A stretch of 64,000 bases of DNA from Cytophagales bacterium (GTDB taxonomy: Bacteria > Bacteroidota > Bacteroidia > Cytophagales > UBA9547), in NCBI GenBank assembly GCA_046152935.1, contig JBJXGB010000103.1, forward strand, positions 3,983 to 67,982, read 5' to 3'. Made by a program: the position numbers and the translations under genes. Shown here one piece after another: positions 1 to 10,475 of this stretch (its first letter is position 1; each line of letters opens with the position of its first letter). Below the pieces are notes generated by a model that saw only the letters and a list, made by a program, of their open reading frames with translations, had not been told where the DNA came from and did no database searches.

Positions 1-215
1 GGATCAAAGCAACTGGAAACAAAAAACCTGTGGTTGGATTTATTGCAGGGCAAACAGCACCAAAAGGCCGTAGAATGGGGCATGCTGGTGCCATCGTGGG
101 CGGAGCAGATGATACAGCAGAAGCAAAAATAAAAATAATGAAAGAGTGTGGGCTATTTGTGTCTATTTCACCAGCCGAAATTGGTGATACATTGGTAAAA
201 GCACTTGCGAAATAG
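1..215 (+). CDS. sucD: succinate--CoA ligase subunit alpha, 3' end only (gene begins left of the window)
   Basis: The frame is open from the window edge. The translation ..[36 protein letters not shown].. matches the conserved SucD C-terminus. The stop is at 213-215 and a hairpin follows. Confidence 0.85.
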   Translation, partial: IKATGNKKPVVGFIAGQTAPKGRRMGHAGAIVGGADDTAEAKIKIMKECGLFVSISPAEIGDTLVKALAK

Positions 216-230
216 AAAGACGACTGAACA

Positions 231-275
231 AAAGCAGAAAGCCAACTTTGCATAGGGTTGGTTTTCTGCTTTTTA
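231..275 (+). terminator. rho-independent terminator after sucD
   Basis: AGCAGAAAGCCAAC (233-246) pairs with GTTGGTTTTCTGCT (258-271) with one G-U position. A T-run follows. Confidence 0.6.
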
Positions 276-332
276 AGGGTTTTGGCAAGAATAAAGGTAT
301 GTGCAGCATTTTGCTGTAGATCCATGACAAGA

Positions 333-1664
333 TCAAGCAAACCTCAACCTTTCGCCCATTTTCATTTCATTAAATTGGCCATCGTGGTAAGCTAAATGGC
401 CTGATACAAAGGTATGAGTCACTTTTCCTTGAAATGTCTTGCCCTCAAATGGCGACCAGCCGCATTTGTACCAAATATTGCTTTTCTCAACTTGCCATTT
501 CTGATCCAAATCGAGGATCGATAAATCTGCCCAATAACCTTCCCTAACATAACCACGCTTTTCAATCCTAAATAATTCTGCAGGTTTGTGGCACATTTTA
601 TCAACTATTTTTTCTAAAGATATTTTGCCTTGTTGGTAAAAATCGAGCATCACATTCAAGCCGTGTTGCACCAAAGGCAAACCAGAAGGGGCTTTTGTAT
701 ATATTTGCTGCTTTTCATCCCAAGTGTGTGGTGCATGATCGGTCGCAATAATATCGAGGCGATCGTCTAGCAGAGCATCAAAAAGTGCTTTTTTATGTCT
801 CTCTTCCTTTATTGCAGGATTGCATTTTATTAAATTGCCCAAATTCTCATAATTTGAACTATCAAACCACAAATGGTGCACGCAAACCTCTGACGTAATT
901 TTTTTATCTCTCAAAGGAATTGAATTGGTAAAAAACTGCAACTCCTCCTCTGTAGATATATGTAAAATATGAAGCCTAGTACCACATTTGGTGGCATAAG
1001 CTACGGCTTTGGTTGTCATTTCGAAGCACGCTTCTACATTTCTGATTTCGGCATGAGCCGAGGCAGGAATATGATCGCCATATTTTGCCTTAAATATATC
1101 TAAATTGGCCTTTACAAGGTGGTCGTTTTCGGAGTGTATTGCTATAAGACATTGGCTTTCGCAAAACAATTTGGTAAGAGCTGCTGGCTCTTCTACCAAC
1201 ATGTCGCCAGTAGAACTTCCCATAAATATCTTGATCCCACACACTTCCTTTGGGTTGATTTTCAAGGCTAAATCGGCATTGCTGTTGGTAGTGCCCATGA
1301 AAAAAGAGTAATTTGCCAACGATGTTTTTGACGCAATTGTATACTTTTCTTCTAAAAGCTCAAGCGAAGTAGCAGGAGGATTTGTGTTTGGCATTTCCAT
1401 AAAACTAGTGACACCGCCTGCCACAGCCGCCCGCGATTCTGTAAAAATATTTGCCTTGTGTGTAAGGCCTGGTTCACGGAAATGTACTTGGTCGTCAATG
1501 ATGCCAGGAAGCACATACTTACCCTTTACATCAATCTCTATAGCATTGAATTTTGAAATATTTGAAGCAATTTTCTCAATAAATCCATCTTGAATTAGTA
1601 TCTCTGCTTCCTTAATTTCCCCCTCATTTATTATCAAGGCATTTTTAAGTATCGTAGTTGCCAT
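333..1664 (-). CDS. pyrC: dihydroorotase (amidohydrolase superfamily)
   Basis: 443-aa ORF. It has the metal-binding region PGIIDDQVHFREPG and the ATDHAPHT motif, and its length and layout fit the long dihydroorotase type. Confidence 0.85.
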   Translation of the reverse strand: MATTILKNALIINEGEIKEAEILIQDGFIEKIASNISKFNAIEIDVKGKYVLPGIIDDQVHFREPGLTHKANIFTESRAAVAGGVTSFMEMPNTNPPATSLELLEEKYTIASKTSLANYSFFMGTTNSNADLALKINPKEVCGIKIFMGSSTGDMLVEEPAALTKLFCESQCLIAIHSENDHLVKANLDIFKAKYGDHIPASAHAEIRNVEACFEMTTKAVAYATKCGTRLHILHISTEEELQFFTNSIPLRDKKITSEVCVHHLWFDSSNYENLGNLIKCNPAIKEERHKKALFDALLDDRLDIIATDHAPHTWDEKQQIYTKAPSGLPLVQHGLNVMLDFYQQGKISLEKIVDKMCHKPAELFRIEKRGYVREGYWADLSILDLDQKWQVEKSNIWYKCGWSPFEGKTFQGKVTHTFVSGHLAYHDGQFNEMKMGERLRFA

Positions 1665-1955
1665 GTTCTATTTGTTGTTAAAATCAATTATTGTTGATGA
1701 TGACTTTTTATGCATTAAGATTGAAATATAACAGCAAAGAAAGCCAATTGGGTTGTTGTGCAATAATTTCATTGCCCTCCATCATTTAATCTAAAAATTA
1801 CGTTGCAATTTAGATGCAAAAAACGATACATGTAGAGCATATTATTCATTACAACTGACAAATATTCGTTCAAAAAGGTATTTAGACAGGTTTTTTGAAA
1901 AAATTTATCTCTTCAACATTCAAATTCGTATTTTAGCTGCCTCAATCGATTGATT

Positions 1956-2744
1956 ATGTTTAGAAATTTTCAGTTTACGCCTGTTGTGCGAGCTTTGTTG
2001 GTATTAAATCTGGCCGTATTCATACTCGACAAATTTGTATTTTCGCTTACTCCCCTTTTCGGATTGAGGTACGTGCTTTCACAAAATTTTCATGTATTTC
2101 AGTTTTTTACTTATATGTTTTTACATGCTGATTTTGGGCATATTTTTTTCAATATGTTTGCACTATTCATGTTTGGGCCGATGCTGGAGCATTTTTGGGG
2201 GCCAAAAAAATTCTTGATATTCTATGTTGTCACAGGCGTGGGAGCTGGCTTTATCTACGCATTAATTACATTTTATCAAATGTACGATTTGCAAAATGCC
2301 ATTTCAGTATATGCTGCAAATCCCAATCCAGATGCCTTTGTGATTTTTGTGAATAAATTTGGTTTTGGCAGCTACAGTTTTGTAAATGCTTTTGCAGAAA
2401 ACCCAAAAGACTCTAGCTTTATTGTGAAAAGTATACAAATAGCCAACGATATATTTGCTTCAAAGTCAAACGTACCCCTAATTGGAGCTTCAGGGGCTGT
2501 TTTTGGGATATTGATGGCGTATGGAATGACATTTCCACAAACAGAACTATTTATATTTCCGTTGCCATTTCCAATAAAAGCGTGGGTTTATGTAACTGTT
2601 TATGGAATAATAGAGTTGTATTCAGGTGTAAAGGGAAGTGAGGGCGACAATGTTGCTCATTTTGCACACATTGGCGGTATGATTTTTGCTTTCATTATGA
2701 TTAGAATGTGGCGAAAAAAGAACAATGGTTACGAGTATTATTGA
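1956..2744 (+). CDS. rhomboid family intramembrane serine protease
   Basis: Polytopic membrane protein with the catalytic Ser motif GASGAVFGIL and the His motif AHFAHIGG. I prefer the ATG at 1956 over the TTG at 1950 used by the ORF track. Confidence 0.85.
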   Translation: MFRNFQFTPVVRALLVLNLAVFILDKFVFSLTPLFGLRYVLSQNFHVFQFFTYMFLHADFGHIFFNMFALFMFGPMLEHFWGPKKFLIFYVVTGVGAGFIYALITFYQMYDLQNAISVYAANPNPDAFVIFVNKFGFGSYSFVNAFAENPKDSSFIVKSIQIANDIFASKSNVPLIGASGAVFGILMAYGMTFPQTELFIFPLPFPIKAWVYVTVYGIIELYSGVKGSEGDNVAHFAHIGGMIFAFIMIRMWRKKNNGYEYY

Positions 2745-2792
2745 TTAGATTTAAACTGATTGGTTATTTAGACATTTGAATATAGCAACAAA

Positions 2793-3695
2793 ATGAGCAG
2801 CATATTTGACGATATTAAAAATTCCTTCAACAAAATAGGCAGTGGGCTGAATCAAATCATTCTCATAAATGTGATTGTATTTGTGGTGTTGGTGGTGCTA
2901 AATGTATTATTGACACTGACTGGAAACAAAGGCATCTACGACCTTATTTCTTACCAATTTTTTATGCCTGCTCAATTTGAAAATTTTATCTACAAACCGT
3001 GGACACTATTTACATACTTTTTCACCCACGATACTGGCAATTTTTTTCATATTCTGTTCAATATGATTTTCTTATACTGGTTTGGCTCATTGATAAGTGA
3101 ATTTTTGGGCAGCAAACGGCTAATAAACTTATATGTGTTGGGCGGAGTGGCTGGTGGTTTGGTGTACTTGGCAGCCTACAATTTTATACCATACTTTAGC
3201 GAAAGAGCAGCAAATACTGTTTTATTGGGAGCCTCTGGTAGCGTGTATGCTGTGGTAATTGGAGCTGCAGTGTTAATTCCAGATTATACCTTCTTCTTAC
3301 TTTTTTTAGGACCTGTAAAAATAAAGTACATAGCAGGGTTTTACGCACTTTTATCGTTTGCGCAGACAGTTGGGCCAAACGCAGGAGGCAATGTTGCCCA
3401 TTTGGGTGGTGCTCTGATGGGTTTTATTTACATTTGGCAACTAAAAAAGGGAAATGATTGGGGCAAGCCCGTTAGTGCCATTTTTGGATTTGTAACTTCA
3501 CTATTTAAGTCAAGTCCAAAAATGAAAGTGACGTATCGAAACCCTGAAAAGAAAACAACTTCAACAACTATTGAAGATGTGAGCCAAGCAGAGATTGATT
3601 CTATTTTAGACAAGATTTCAAAATATGGCTATGAAAAATTGACAAAAGAAGAGAAACAAAAGCTATTCAAAGCAAGCCAAAGCACCCATATTTAG
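2793..3695 (+). CDS. rhomboid family intramembrane serine protease with a hydrophilic C-terminal tail
   Basis: Carries the GASGSVYAVV and AHLGGALMG motifs. It is the second tandem rhomboid paralog and has an extra C-terminal segment, ..SQAEIDSILDKISKYGYEKLTKEEKQKL.. Confidence 0.85.
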   Translation: MSSIFDDIKNSFNKIGSGLNQIILINVIVFVVLVVLNVLLTLTGNKGIYDLISYQFFMPAQFENFIYKPWTLFTYFFTHDTGNFFHILFNMIFLYWFGSLISEFLGSKRLINLYVLGGVAGGLVYLAAYNFIPYFSERAANTVLLGASGSVYAVVIGAAVLIPDYTFFLLFLGPVKIKYIAGFYALLSFAQTVGPNAGGNVAHLGGALMGFIYIWQLKKGNDWGKPVSAIFGFVTSLFKSSPKMKVTYRNPEKKTTSTTIEDVSQAEIDSILDKISKYGYEKLTKEEKQKLFKASQSTHI

Positions 3696-3703
3696 GTCGA
3701 AAT

Positions 3704-5056
3704 TTATTGACTAAGAAAGACTTTTATTCTATCTACCCTGACATTATTTTGGGCGAAAATAAAGTAATTGCCACCGCTAAAAGAGAGAGGGATTTCCAAA
3801 ATACCTTTTAAAACATGCTCTAATCTATAAATTTGCTTCCCTAAAATATCATTGATTATTAGCACATTATAATCATTCTTTAGGTATAATTTCAGCAAAT
3901 CATTGCTCGCCCCTAGTATCATTATTTGAGTGTCAGATTCATCAAAATAAATAGTATTTGAGCGAATGGAAGTGACAGTGTCGATCTGCAATGTGTCAGA
4001 AGATTGCAAGTTGCCGTTAGGTGAAATAATTGAAATTGTATTTGAGACGGCATCATTTGGCACCACAAATCGCAGGCTATTTACGGATAAAAAATTGATG
4101 CCAGTAGTGGTGATTTCGCCAATAACGATAGCATTGCTGGCATTTAGATTTGTACCAATTACGGTAATAAATTCTCCAATCTTGGCTTGAGTTGGAAAAA
4201 AAGTCGAAAATGTTGGTATCGCAATTTGCTTTTGAAACCCAAATGCTTCGCTTTCTCCACGTTTTGTATACACTTTCACATCATTTTGGCCTAAACCTAA
4301 GAAGGGAACAATGACCTCATATTTTTGAAGATTTATCTTTGAGATGGAACTTAATGACACCAAAGTATTGCCAAAGGTGATGCCAGTAATGGAGTCGATA
4401 TTAGTGCCAGTAATGGTAATAATAGCACCTTCGGTTGCTTCAATCGGTTGAATATCAACAATTTGAGGGATATTAAGCCCTGAAATTGAAAAAGGGAAAG
4501 CTGGTGTGAAATCATACTCGGTATTGATGACAACTGGATATGAGCCAATAATATTTGCGAAGGGAACTGTGATCGAAAACTCATTTTTGCCATTTATTAA
4601 CACCATGGAGGACAAGTCTGCCATCGTATTTCCAAATTTCAGTGATATGATTGAATCTACATTTGAAGTAAAAATGGTGATTCGCTTGTCAATTTCTTGG
4701 TTTTGGGGTGAAATAGCTGTGATTGCAGGCCCTAAAATGGTAATTTCAAAAGAATTGCCAAGCAAAGTGCCAGTATTAAATGAAAGATTATAGACTCCGT
4801 GCTGAATATTGGCTGGAATTTTCAGCAAAACCGTATTGTCACTTTCTTTGATAATTGAGGCTAAACTCAAGCTTCTTGCATTTAATTTTACTTGGGTGAC
4901 CCCAGAAAGTTGGCTGCCAGCAACAGTTATTACCTGGCTCAATGACACCACTTTGGGCTCAACATTTGAGATAACTGGCTGGCTTTGTGCCAATTGACAC
5001 ATTAACACCAGCACCAGAAAACTAAGTATTTGAACTACATTATTTACTATTCGCAT
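3704..5056 (-). CDS. secreted protein with repeated IPT/TIG-like domains and a probable T9SS C-terminal sorting domain
   Basis: N-terminal signal peptide (..LVLMCQLAQSQ). At least four internal repeats follow the pattern P.I..I.P....(G/K)..ITI.G(T/S)N(L/I)....I.IG. The C-terminus ..INDILGKQIY..IPLSFSGGNYFIFAQNN..RIKVFL resembles a Por/T9SS CTD. Confidence 0.6.
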   Translation of the reverse strand: MRIVNNVVQILSFLVLVLMCQLAQSQPVISNVEPKVVSLSQVITVAGSQLSGVTQVKLNARSLSLASIIKESDNTVLLKIPANIQHGVYNLSFNTGTLLGNSFEITILGPAITAISPQNQEIDKRITIFTSNVDSIISLKFGNTMADLSSMVLINGKNEFSITVPFANIIGSYPVVINTEYDFTPAFPFSISGLNIPQIVDIQPIEATEGAIITITGTNIDSITGITFGNTLVSLSSISKINLQKYEVIVPFLGLGQNDVKVYTKRGESEAFGFQKQIAIPTFSTFFPTQAKIGEFITVIGTNLNASNAIVIGEITTTGINFLSVNSLRFVVPNDAVSNTISIISPNGNLQSSDTLQIDTVTSIRSNTIYFDESDTQIMILGASNDLLKLYLKNDYNVLIINDILGKQIYRLEHVLKGILEIPLSFSGGNYFIFAQNNVRVDRIKVFLSQ

Positions 5057-5168
5057 AAAAAAGCAATTAAAATTTCAACTTCGGGATTCACCTATTAATA
5101 AACCTATTAAAAAAATATCGAAAAAACAGATTTTACCTCAGATAAATATGATCGAATATATACTATTT

Positions 5169-7700
5169 TTACAACGATAAGGACACGCCTACTTTTATAC
5201 CCCAATTTTGGATTTCGTAATCTTGAGCTAAATACGAAAGACGCTTATAAAACTCTACCCTGAATACTTTGGCAATATTTTCTATGCCTATGCCAGCCTC
5301 CATATACGGGATATTTGGGTCTAGTGCATAAAAATTTCGGTACTGAATGCTTTCATTTTTAGGCGTAAGATTCAAATCGCTTTGCGTAGCCGTGCCCCAG
5401 ATCGCATTGAAAGACACCACTTCTCGCAATTTTAACTTGTAAAACAGTGGTATGCGATTGAAAAAAAAGCCAGAAAAATGATGTTGGTAATTGAGTGTGA
5501 CGGACCGGCTGCTTACAAATTCAAAGAAATTCATCAAACTGAACGCACCAGCACTATAAACAAGTGTTTGATTGCCCAAGTGGATATTTAAAAGTGGAAA
5601 TGGCAAGGTATTTGGAATGTAATTGCCGCGTATCGTATAATTTGATCTTCCAAATTTGCCAACTGTAAACATCTGTTGCACTTGAACAGCTAATTTATGA
5701 TACGCGAAGTGGCTGCCTCCCAAGCCTTTCAAGCCCAAATGATACCGCAAAGTAACCATAGGAATTTGCTCATTTCCGATCGAAATGCGATTGTGTTCAT
5801 AATATAAAAATGTTTCTCTGCGGGCAATACGTGTTTCAAAAACCAGCTCTGCGTTATTTAAAGTATTATTTATGGTAGAATTTGTATCGCCAGGCACCGA
5901 ATAGTAACCAAAATTGTACCGATCAGAATTCATTGGCACTTGGTTGAAATTTTGATAATTGAATTGCAATTTGGCAGTAACACCACGAATAACATCAATT
6001 TGGGCATAAGTTGTGAAATTATTGATATAAAAAGGATTTGCATTGCTGAGATTGCCCCATCTTGAAATGGCGTAAAACAAGGTCGAAACATTGCCTTTGT
6101 TGAAAGAAAATATGCCCAATTGTTCTAAATCGTAAAAATATTCAATGCCAGCCCAAAACCATTTGCGTTTTGAGATATTAAAATCGACTGAGCCTCCATA
6201 TTTTAGTCTTTTATCTGTAGTGCCATAAGCGATATACGACTTCAAAAGCCACTTTTTGCTGAATAGGTAGCTCGATCTCAGCCCCAATTTGAATCGTATT
6301 CCCTCAATATTATTCCATGCAATAGACTGAGAATAAGGGCCTATTTCAATTAAACCTACTTTTTTATATCCATTTACCACAATATCTAAAATTTCAATGT
6401 ATGAGCGTATCACTGGCAAATTTTTGAGGGTATCGATCATTGCTATCACCTGTTTATCTGTATTTGATAGCGAATCGTGGCGATTTTTTTGCCAGAAAGC
6501 TTTGTCAAAATCGTTCGCATTTTCGGCTGTTTCTAATCCCACTTGAAAAAAATCTTCACTTTTAGGTTCATTTACTTTGATATCATTATTAGAAATGTAG
6601 TATTTAATCAAAAAACCAGCCGAGCTGTCGACCAATTCTGCCAAATTAATGCCAAATCGCATTTTGTAAGGCAGCCAAGCTTTTTCACTTGTGCGTTGAA
6701 ATTCTTGTTGAATTTTTATCTTATCGACAAAATTGATATTGGCCGTTTTGCCAATCGTAAGATCGCATCGCCTAATTGCATACTCATTTTTTGTAACCCA
6801 AATAGTGCCTTTAAATGCCAGATCGGCTGCTCTTTTGGGCTTTACATTTATTTTATAGCAAAAAGCTGAATCGATAAATAGACTATCTTCTAAATCGTAA
6901 TCGTAATACTCTGCCCAACTTTCTGCAATGGGAGATACAAAATCTTTACCCATAAATTGGATCCAGTTTTGATAAAAATTAAACTCTGTAATGCTACTGC
7001 CTGTGATTTGTGAAATAAATTGGGCGTTGCTTTCATCTAGGACACCTGAAATATTATGTGCTAAAATATGTTCTTTTTGGCGAATGGGGTCGTTTTGGTA
7101 GTTGATTTTAGAGATAGTTTCTGACAAATAAATAGGAATAATTGGCTTTCCCTCATCATTTGTCACTTTTTTCAGGCTATCAATGGCCGCAATTACTTTT
7201 TTTAGAATTTTTCTTTTTCTAATCTTTTGAGAAATATTATCAATATCGACTTGCACTTTTGAGTAGCTTTCATATTCATAGGCAGCCAATGATCGCTTAT
7301 CATTCATTTTTTTGCTTTTCTGAATCTTTCGCAGAATGGACCAAGCCGGATTTTCGCCCCTTTTGATTATTACCTCGCCCAATTCCTTTGCATTTTCCGT
7401 CAATTGAAAATTAATAATTTGCGAGGATTCGCCAAGTTTCAAAGGTTTTATTTTAGATTTGTAACCTACGTAAGTAGCTGTAATTGAATCTCTTACATAA
7501 GAAGCATTGATTGCGTAATTGCCTTCGAAATCGGTTTGAGCACCTATGGATGTGCCTTTAAATTGGATGATGACAAATGGAAGCGGTTCGCCATTTGCTG
7601 CATCTGTTACTTTGCCTTTGATCGAAAACTGCGCCAATCCACACAATGCCAACAAAGTGAATAACGAGAAGAAGAAAAAACGCTTTGAAGAAATGGCCAA
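5169..7700 (-). CDS. CarboxypepD_reg-like domain protein (DUF5686-type large outer-membrane-associated protein)
   Basis: 843 aa with a TTG start and a signal peptide. The N-terminal segment IKGKVTDAANGEPLPFVIIQFKGTSIGAQTDFEGNYAI is a carboxypeptidase-regulatory-like fold signature. The long beta-rich remainder ends ..GVSLSL. Confidence 0.65.
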   Translation of the reverse strand: MAISSKRFFFFSLFTLLALCGLAQFSIKGKVTDAANGEPLPFVIIQFKGTSIGAQTDFEGNYAINASYVRDSITATYVGYKSKIKPLKLGESSQIINFQLTENAKELGEVIIKRGENPAWSILRKIQKSKKMNDKRSLAAYEYESYSKVQVDIDNISQKIRKRKILKKVIAAIDSLKKVTNDEGKPIIPIYLSETISKINYQNDPIRQKEHILAHNISGVLDESNAQFISQITGSSITEFNFYQNWIQFMGKDFVSPIAESWAEYYDYDLEDSLFIDSAFCYKINVKPKRAADLAFKGTIWVTKNEYAIRRCDLTIGKTANINFVDKIKIQQEFQRTSEKAWLPYKMRFGINLAELVDSSAGFLIKYYISNNDIKVNEPKSEDFFQVGLETAENANDFDKAFWQKNRHDSLSNTDKQVIAMIDTLKNLPVIRSYIEILDIVVNGYKKVGLIEIGPYSQSIAWNNIEGIRFKLGLRSSYLFSKKWLLKSYIAYGTTDKRLKYGGSVDFNISKRKWFWAGIEYFYDLEQLGIFSFNKGNVSTLFYAISRWGNLSNANPFYINNFTTYAQIDVIRGVTAKLQFNYQNFNQVPMNSDRYNFGYYSVPGDTNSTINNTLNNAELVFETRIARRETFLYYEHNRISIGNEQIPMVTLRYHLGLKGLGGSHFAYHKLAVQVQQMFTVGKFGRSNYTIRGNYIPNTLPFPLLNIHLGNQTLVYSAGAFSLMNFFEFVSSRSVTLNYQHHFSGFFFNRIPLFYKLKLREVVSFNAIWGTATQSDLNLTPKNESIQYRNFYALDPNIPYMEAGIGIENIAKVFRVEFYKRLSYLAQDYEIQNWGIKVGVSLSL

Positions 7701-7824
7701 ACGAGACTGATTTATTGGAGTCGAAATTTACAAAAAATAAAAAACAGTGGACATATTAATCACCCAAACGACATATTTTGTAGTTGAGACCCAACTCTAA
7801 AACCGAATAATGGGTAATAAAAGC

Positions 7825-8610
7825 TCAAACTAACTCGGGTGCAAAATTTACTCTTACAGGGCTATCGTATTGTAAACCGAGTAATTGCGAGGCATTGCCA
7901 TTTTTAATGGCTATTTCTAGTAAGCCCAAATCGTTAAACAGTGCTACGCAATCGCCATTTTCAGCCTGGTGGTAGATAGCATGCATCGTTTCTACATTTT
8001 CCCTGCCAAATGAAATAATCGAAGCCCTGCCTTGAGCAGTTTCATCAAATAATTTCTTTGAAATATTGGTGATCGCATTGCCATAATGGTCGGTATGCAA
8101 CACATTGCCCTCAATAGAATTTCTATTTGATTTCAACTTTCTGCCTACCATTCTCTTCAAAGTTGCACTGTTGATGGTAGGACCTAAATCGTATAAATTT
8201 TTACCACTTGCCAAAGAAACGGCTGCAAAAGCAAATATATTCTTCTCTGGGAATGTTTGATTTAAGTTTTTATCAAATAATATTTCGACCGCAATGGTAG
8301 GTTTTTCGCTCAGTAATGAAAAAAAACCATTGTCTGTGCCCACAAAAAAATGGTCTTCCATGCGGGCAGCTATGTACTTATCAGTATTTTCATTAAGCGA
8401 ATTGATGGCCACCAAATGAACTGTCCCTTTTGGGAAATCTCTAAAAACCGAATTTAAAATAAACGCACCGTGAGCAACATTGTAGTGATCTACATTGTGA
8501 GAAATGTCAATTACCTGAATATTGGCATTGTAATTAAATATTTTGGCCTTTACGGCTGCTACATAATGATCTCTAGTGCCGAAATCAGAAGTAAAAGTGA
8601 TGATTGCCAT
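7825..8610 (-). CDS. SAM hydrolase / SAM hydroxide adenosyltransferase family protein (DUF62)
   Basis: The N-terminus IITFTSDFGTRDHYVAAVKAKI and a length of about 260 aa fit the chlorinase/fluorinase-like SAM hydrolase family. Confidence 0.8.
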   Translation of the reverse strand: MAIITFTSDFGTRDHYVAAVKAKIFNYNANIQVIDISHNVDHYNVAHGAFILNSVFRDFPKGTVHLVAINSLNENTDKYIAARMEDHFFVGTDNGFFSLLSEKPTIAVEILFDKNLNQTFPEKNIFAFAAVSLASGKNLYDLGPTINSATLKRMVGRKLKSNRNSIEGNVLHTDHYGNAITNISKKLFDETAQGRASIISFGRENVETMHAIYHQAENGDCVALFNDLGLLEIAIKNGNASQLLGLQYDSPVRVNFAPELV

Positions 8611-8784
8611 ATTTTATTATTTGTTAATAATTAATTTCTTCTACGAAATCGATTTAAAAAGCTACCCTATTTCTCAAAGAAAATCAGGAAATGTTATAAA
8701 CCCATCCTAATCTAAATCTAAAGAGTCTTTGTTCTTTCTTCTTTTTTCTTTACCATATCTTCCCAAAAGTCTTGTACTAGAATA

Positions 8785-10032
8785 CTACCACTTCAATTTC
8801 TTATGCCCAAATATAGCATAGTACAATATAAAACCATAACACACCAATAGAATGGAATATCCGATTTGAGGTGAATAGCTATCGGCAATCTGACCGTAAG
8901 CCAAAGGCAATAAAGCTCCGCCTGCTATTGCCATTATCAACATTGATGACCCGAGTTTTGTGAATTTACCCAAATCTTTGATGGCCAAAGGCCAAATGGC
9001 AGGCCACATAATAGCATTAGCCAAGCCTAAAGCAGCTACACAGAATACTGATACATAGCCTTTGAAAACCAGTGTAGCCAATACAAATAAAATCCCTAAA
9101 ATGGCCGAAATTAACAAGAAAGTTTCTTGTTTCATGTATTTTGGAATAGCGAAAATACCCAAGAAATAACCCAAAAGCATGGCTATCAAAGTAATGCTGG
9201 TGAATTTTGACGCTTGATCTATTCCTATGCCTTGGGTCATGGCGTAGTTAATGATCGTATCGCCTGCTATTACTTCTGCCCCCACGTATAAAAATAAAGC
9301 TACTACACCCAATATCAAGTTGGGTGATTGGAAAATAGAAGCTTTTGAGTTTAAGCTTTTTTCTTGGTCGTTAGTATGTTGATCCAAATCAATTTGAGGT
9401 AAATCGATTTTCCAAACTACAAAAGCCAAAAAAGCCAATGTTGAGGCCATAAAAGCGTATGGAGCTATGATTTTACTAGACAATTCGTTCAAAAGAACTT
9501 CCTTTTGTTCAAATGAAAGTGTTGGCAGTGTAGACATTAACTCGTTGGCATTGGCAAATACGATCGAACCCAATAAAATTGGACTGGCCACTCCTGCAGC
9601 TTTGCTACAAACGCCCATAATACTTATGCGTTGTGCTGCACTTTCGACATTTCCCAATACGGTAACGTACGGATTAGCAGCAGTTTGCAATACGGCTAAG
9701 CCAGTTCCTATCACAAACAGACCTGTGAGAAAAACGGCATAATTTCTTGAAATGGCAGCAGGCAAAAACACCAACATCCCTATGGCCATTATCACCAAAC
9801 CCAATACCATTCCATTTTTGAAGCCTGTTTTCTGCAATATCCAAGCCGAAGGCAAAGCCATGATGAAATAAGAAATATAAAAGCAAAAAGCCACCAAGAG
9901 CGATTCGAAATTGCTGAGGTTACATACAATTTTGAAGAATGGAATAAGTGCCCCATTTAGCCAGGTAACAAAGCCAAAAATAAAAAATAAGGCACCTATT
10001 ACGATAATCGGGCGTTTGGAGATGAAATTCAT
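8785..10032 (-). CDS. sugar MFS transporter (FucP/GluP/NagP-like)
   Basis: 415 aa with about 12 hydrophobic segments. The N-terminal FIFGFVTWLNGALIPFFK motif is typical of the glucose/galactose/fucose:H+ symporter subfamily. It lies downstream (minus strand) of the nagB stump. Confidence 0.8.
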   Translation of the reverse strand: MNFISKRPIIVIGALFFIFGFVTWLNGALIPFFKIVCNLSNFESLLVAFCFYISYFIMALPSAWILQKTGFKNGMVLGLVIMAIGMLVFLPAAISRNYAVFLTGLFVIGTGLAVLQTAANPYVTVLGNVESAAQRISIMGVCSKAAGVASPILLGSIVFANANELMSTLPTLSFEQKEVLLNELSSKIIAPYAFMASTLAFLAFVVWKIDLPQIDLDQHTNDQEKSLNSKASIFQSPNLILGVVALFLYVGAEVIAGDTIINYAMTQGIGIDQASKFTSITLIAMLLGYFLGIFAIPKYMKQETFLLISAILGILFVLATLVFKGYVSVFCVAALGLANAIMWPAIWPLAIKDLGKFTKLGSSMLIMAIAGGALLPLAYGQIADSYSPQIGYSILLVCYGFILYYAIFGHKKLKW

Positions 10033-10437
10033 GGATATTGTAAAAGATATTTTTTTTGAAAAGTACTAAAATTAAATAGGAGTGAAATTATTATTTATTT
10101 CGTAGGTGGGGATCATAAAATATCAAATGAAATAAAAAATTTAAGGCTCAAAATTGAAACAGCGTTTTGAGACACTCAAAACACCAGCAAGTTAAAATAA
10201 TAGGAACGTCCTGAGTTTTAAACTCAGGACAGCTTTTACCATTGCTTCGCAAACTACGCACAACTGGGGGTGCTGTGAAAAATTGAGGACAGCTTTCATT
10301 GAGTTCCATATGGCACAATTAGGCAAATATCAAACATACATCATATGCTTGCTGGTGAAAACGCCAGCAAGGGCGAGGCTCGAATACAATGTTACCTGTT
10401 GAATTTTTTTTGTTTATGCCTCTTTATTTGCGAATAT

Positions 10438-10447
10438 GATAATTATC
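10438..10447. promoter_or_regulatory. perfect 10-bp palindrome GATAATTATC upstream of the HTH-like gene/methyltransferase operon (candidate operator)
   Basis: It is self-complementary and sits 29 bp upstream of the 10476 start codon, just 5' of CAATTTTG. That sequence is one mismatch from the Bacteroidota -7 element TAnnTTTG. Confidence 0.25.
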
Positions 10448-10475
10448 GTTCAATTTTGCAAAATAAATTCTCGTT

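Noticed and set aside
1950-3695. Tandem rhomboid protease paralogs as an unusual duplication
   Set aside because: To my knowledge, adjacent rhomboid pairs, one with a C-terminal tail, are a common conserved arrangement in Bacteroidota. I do not flag it as novel.
10360-10400. tRNA-like T-loop word (GGCTCGAATAC) that could mark a tRNA-derived attachment site
   Set aside because: The flanking bases do not form a T-stem, and no acceptor or anticodon arms can be drawn. The similarity is limited to a few bases.
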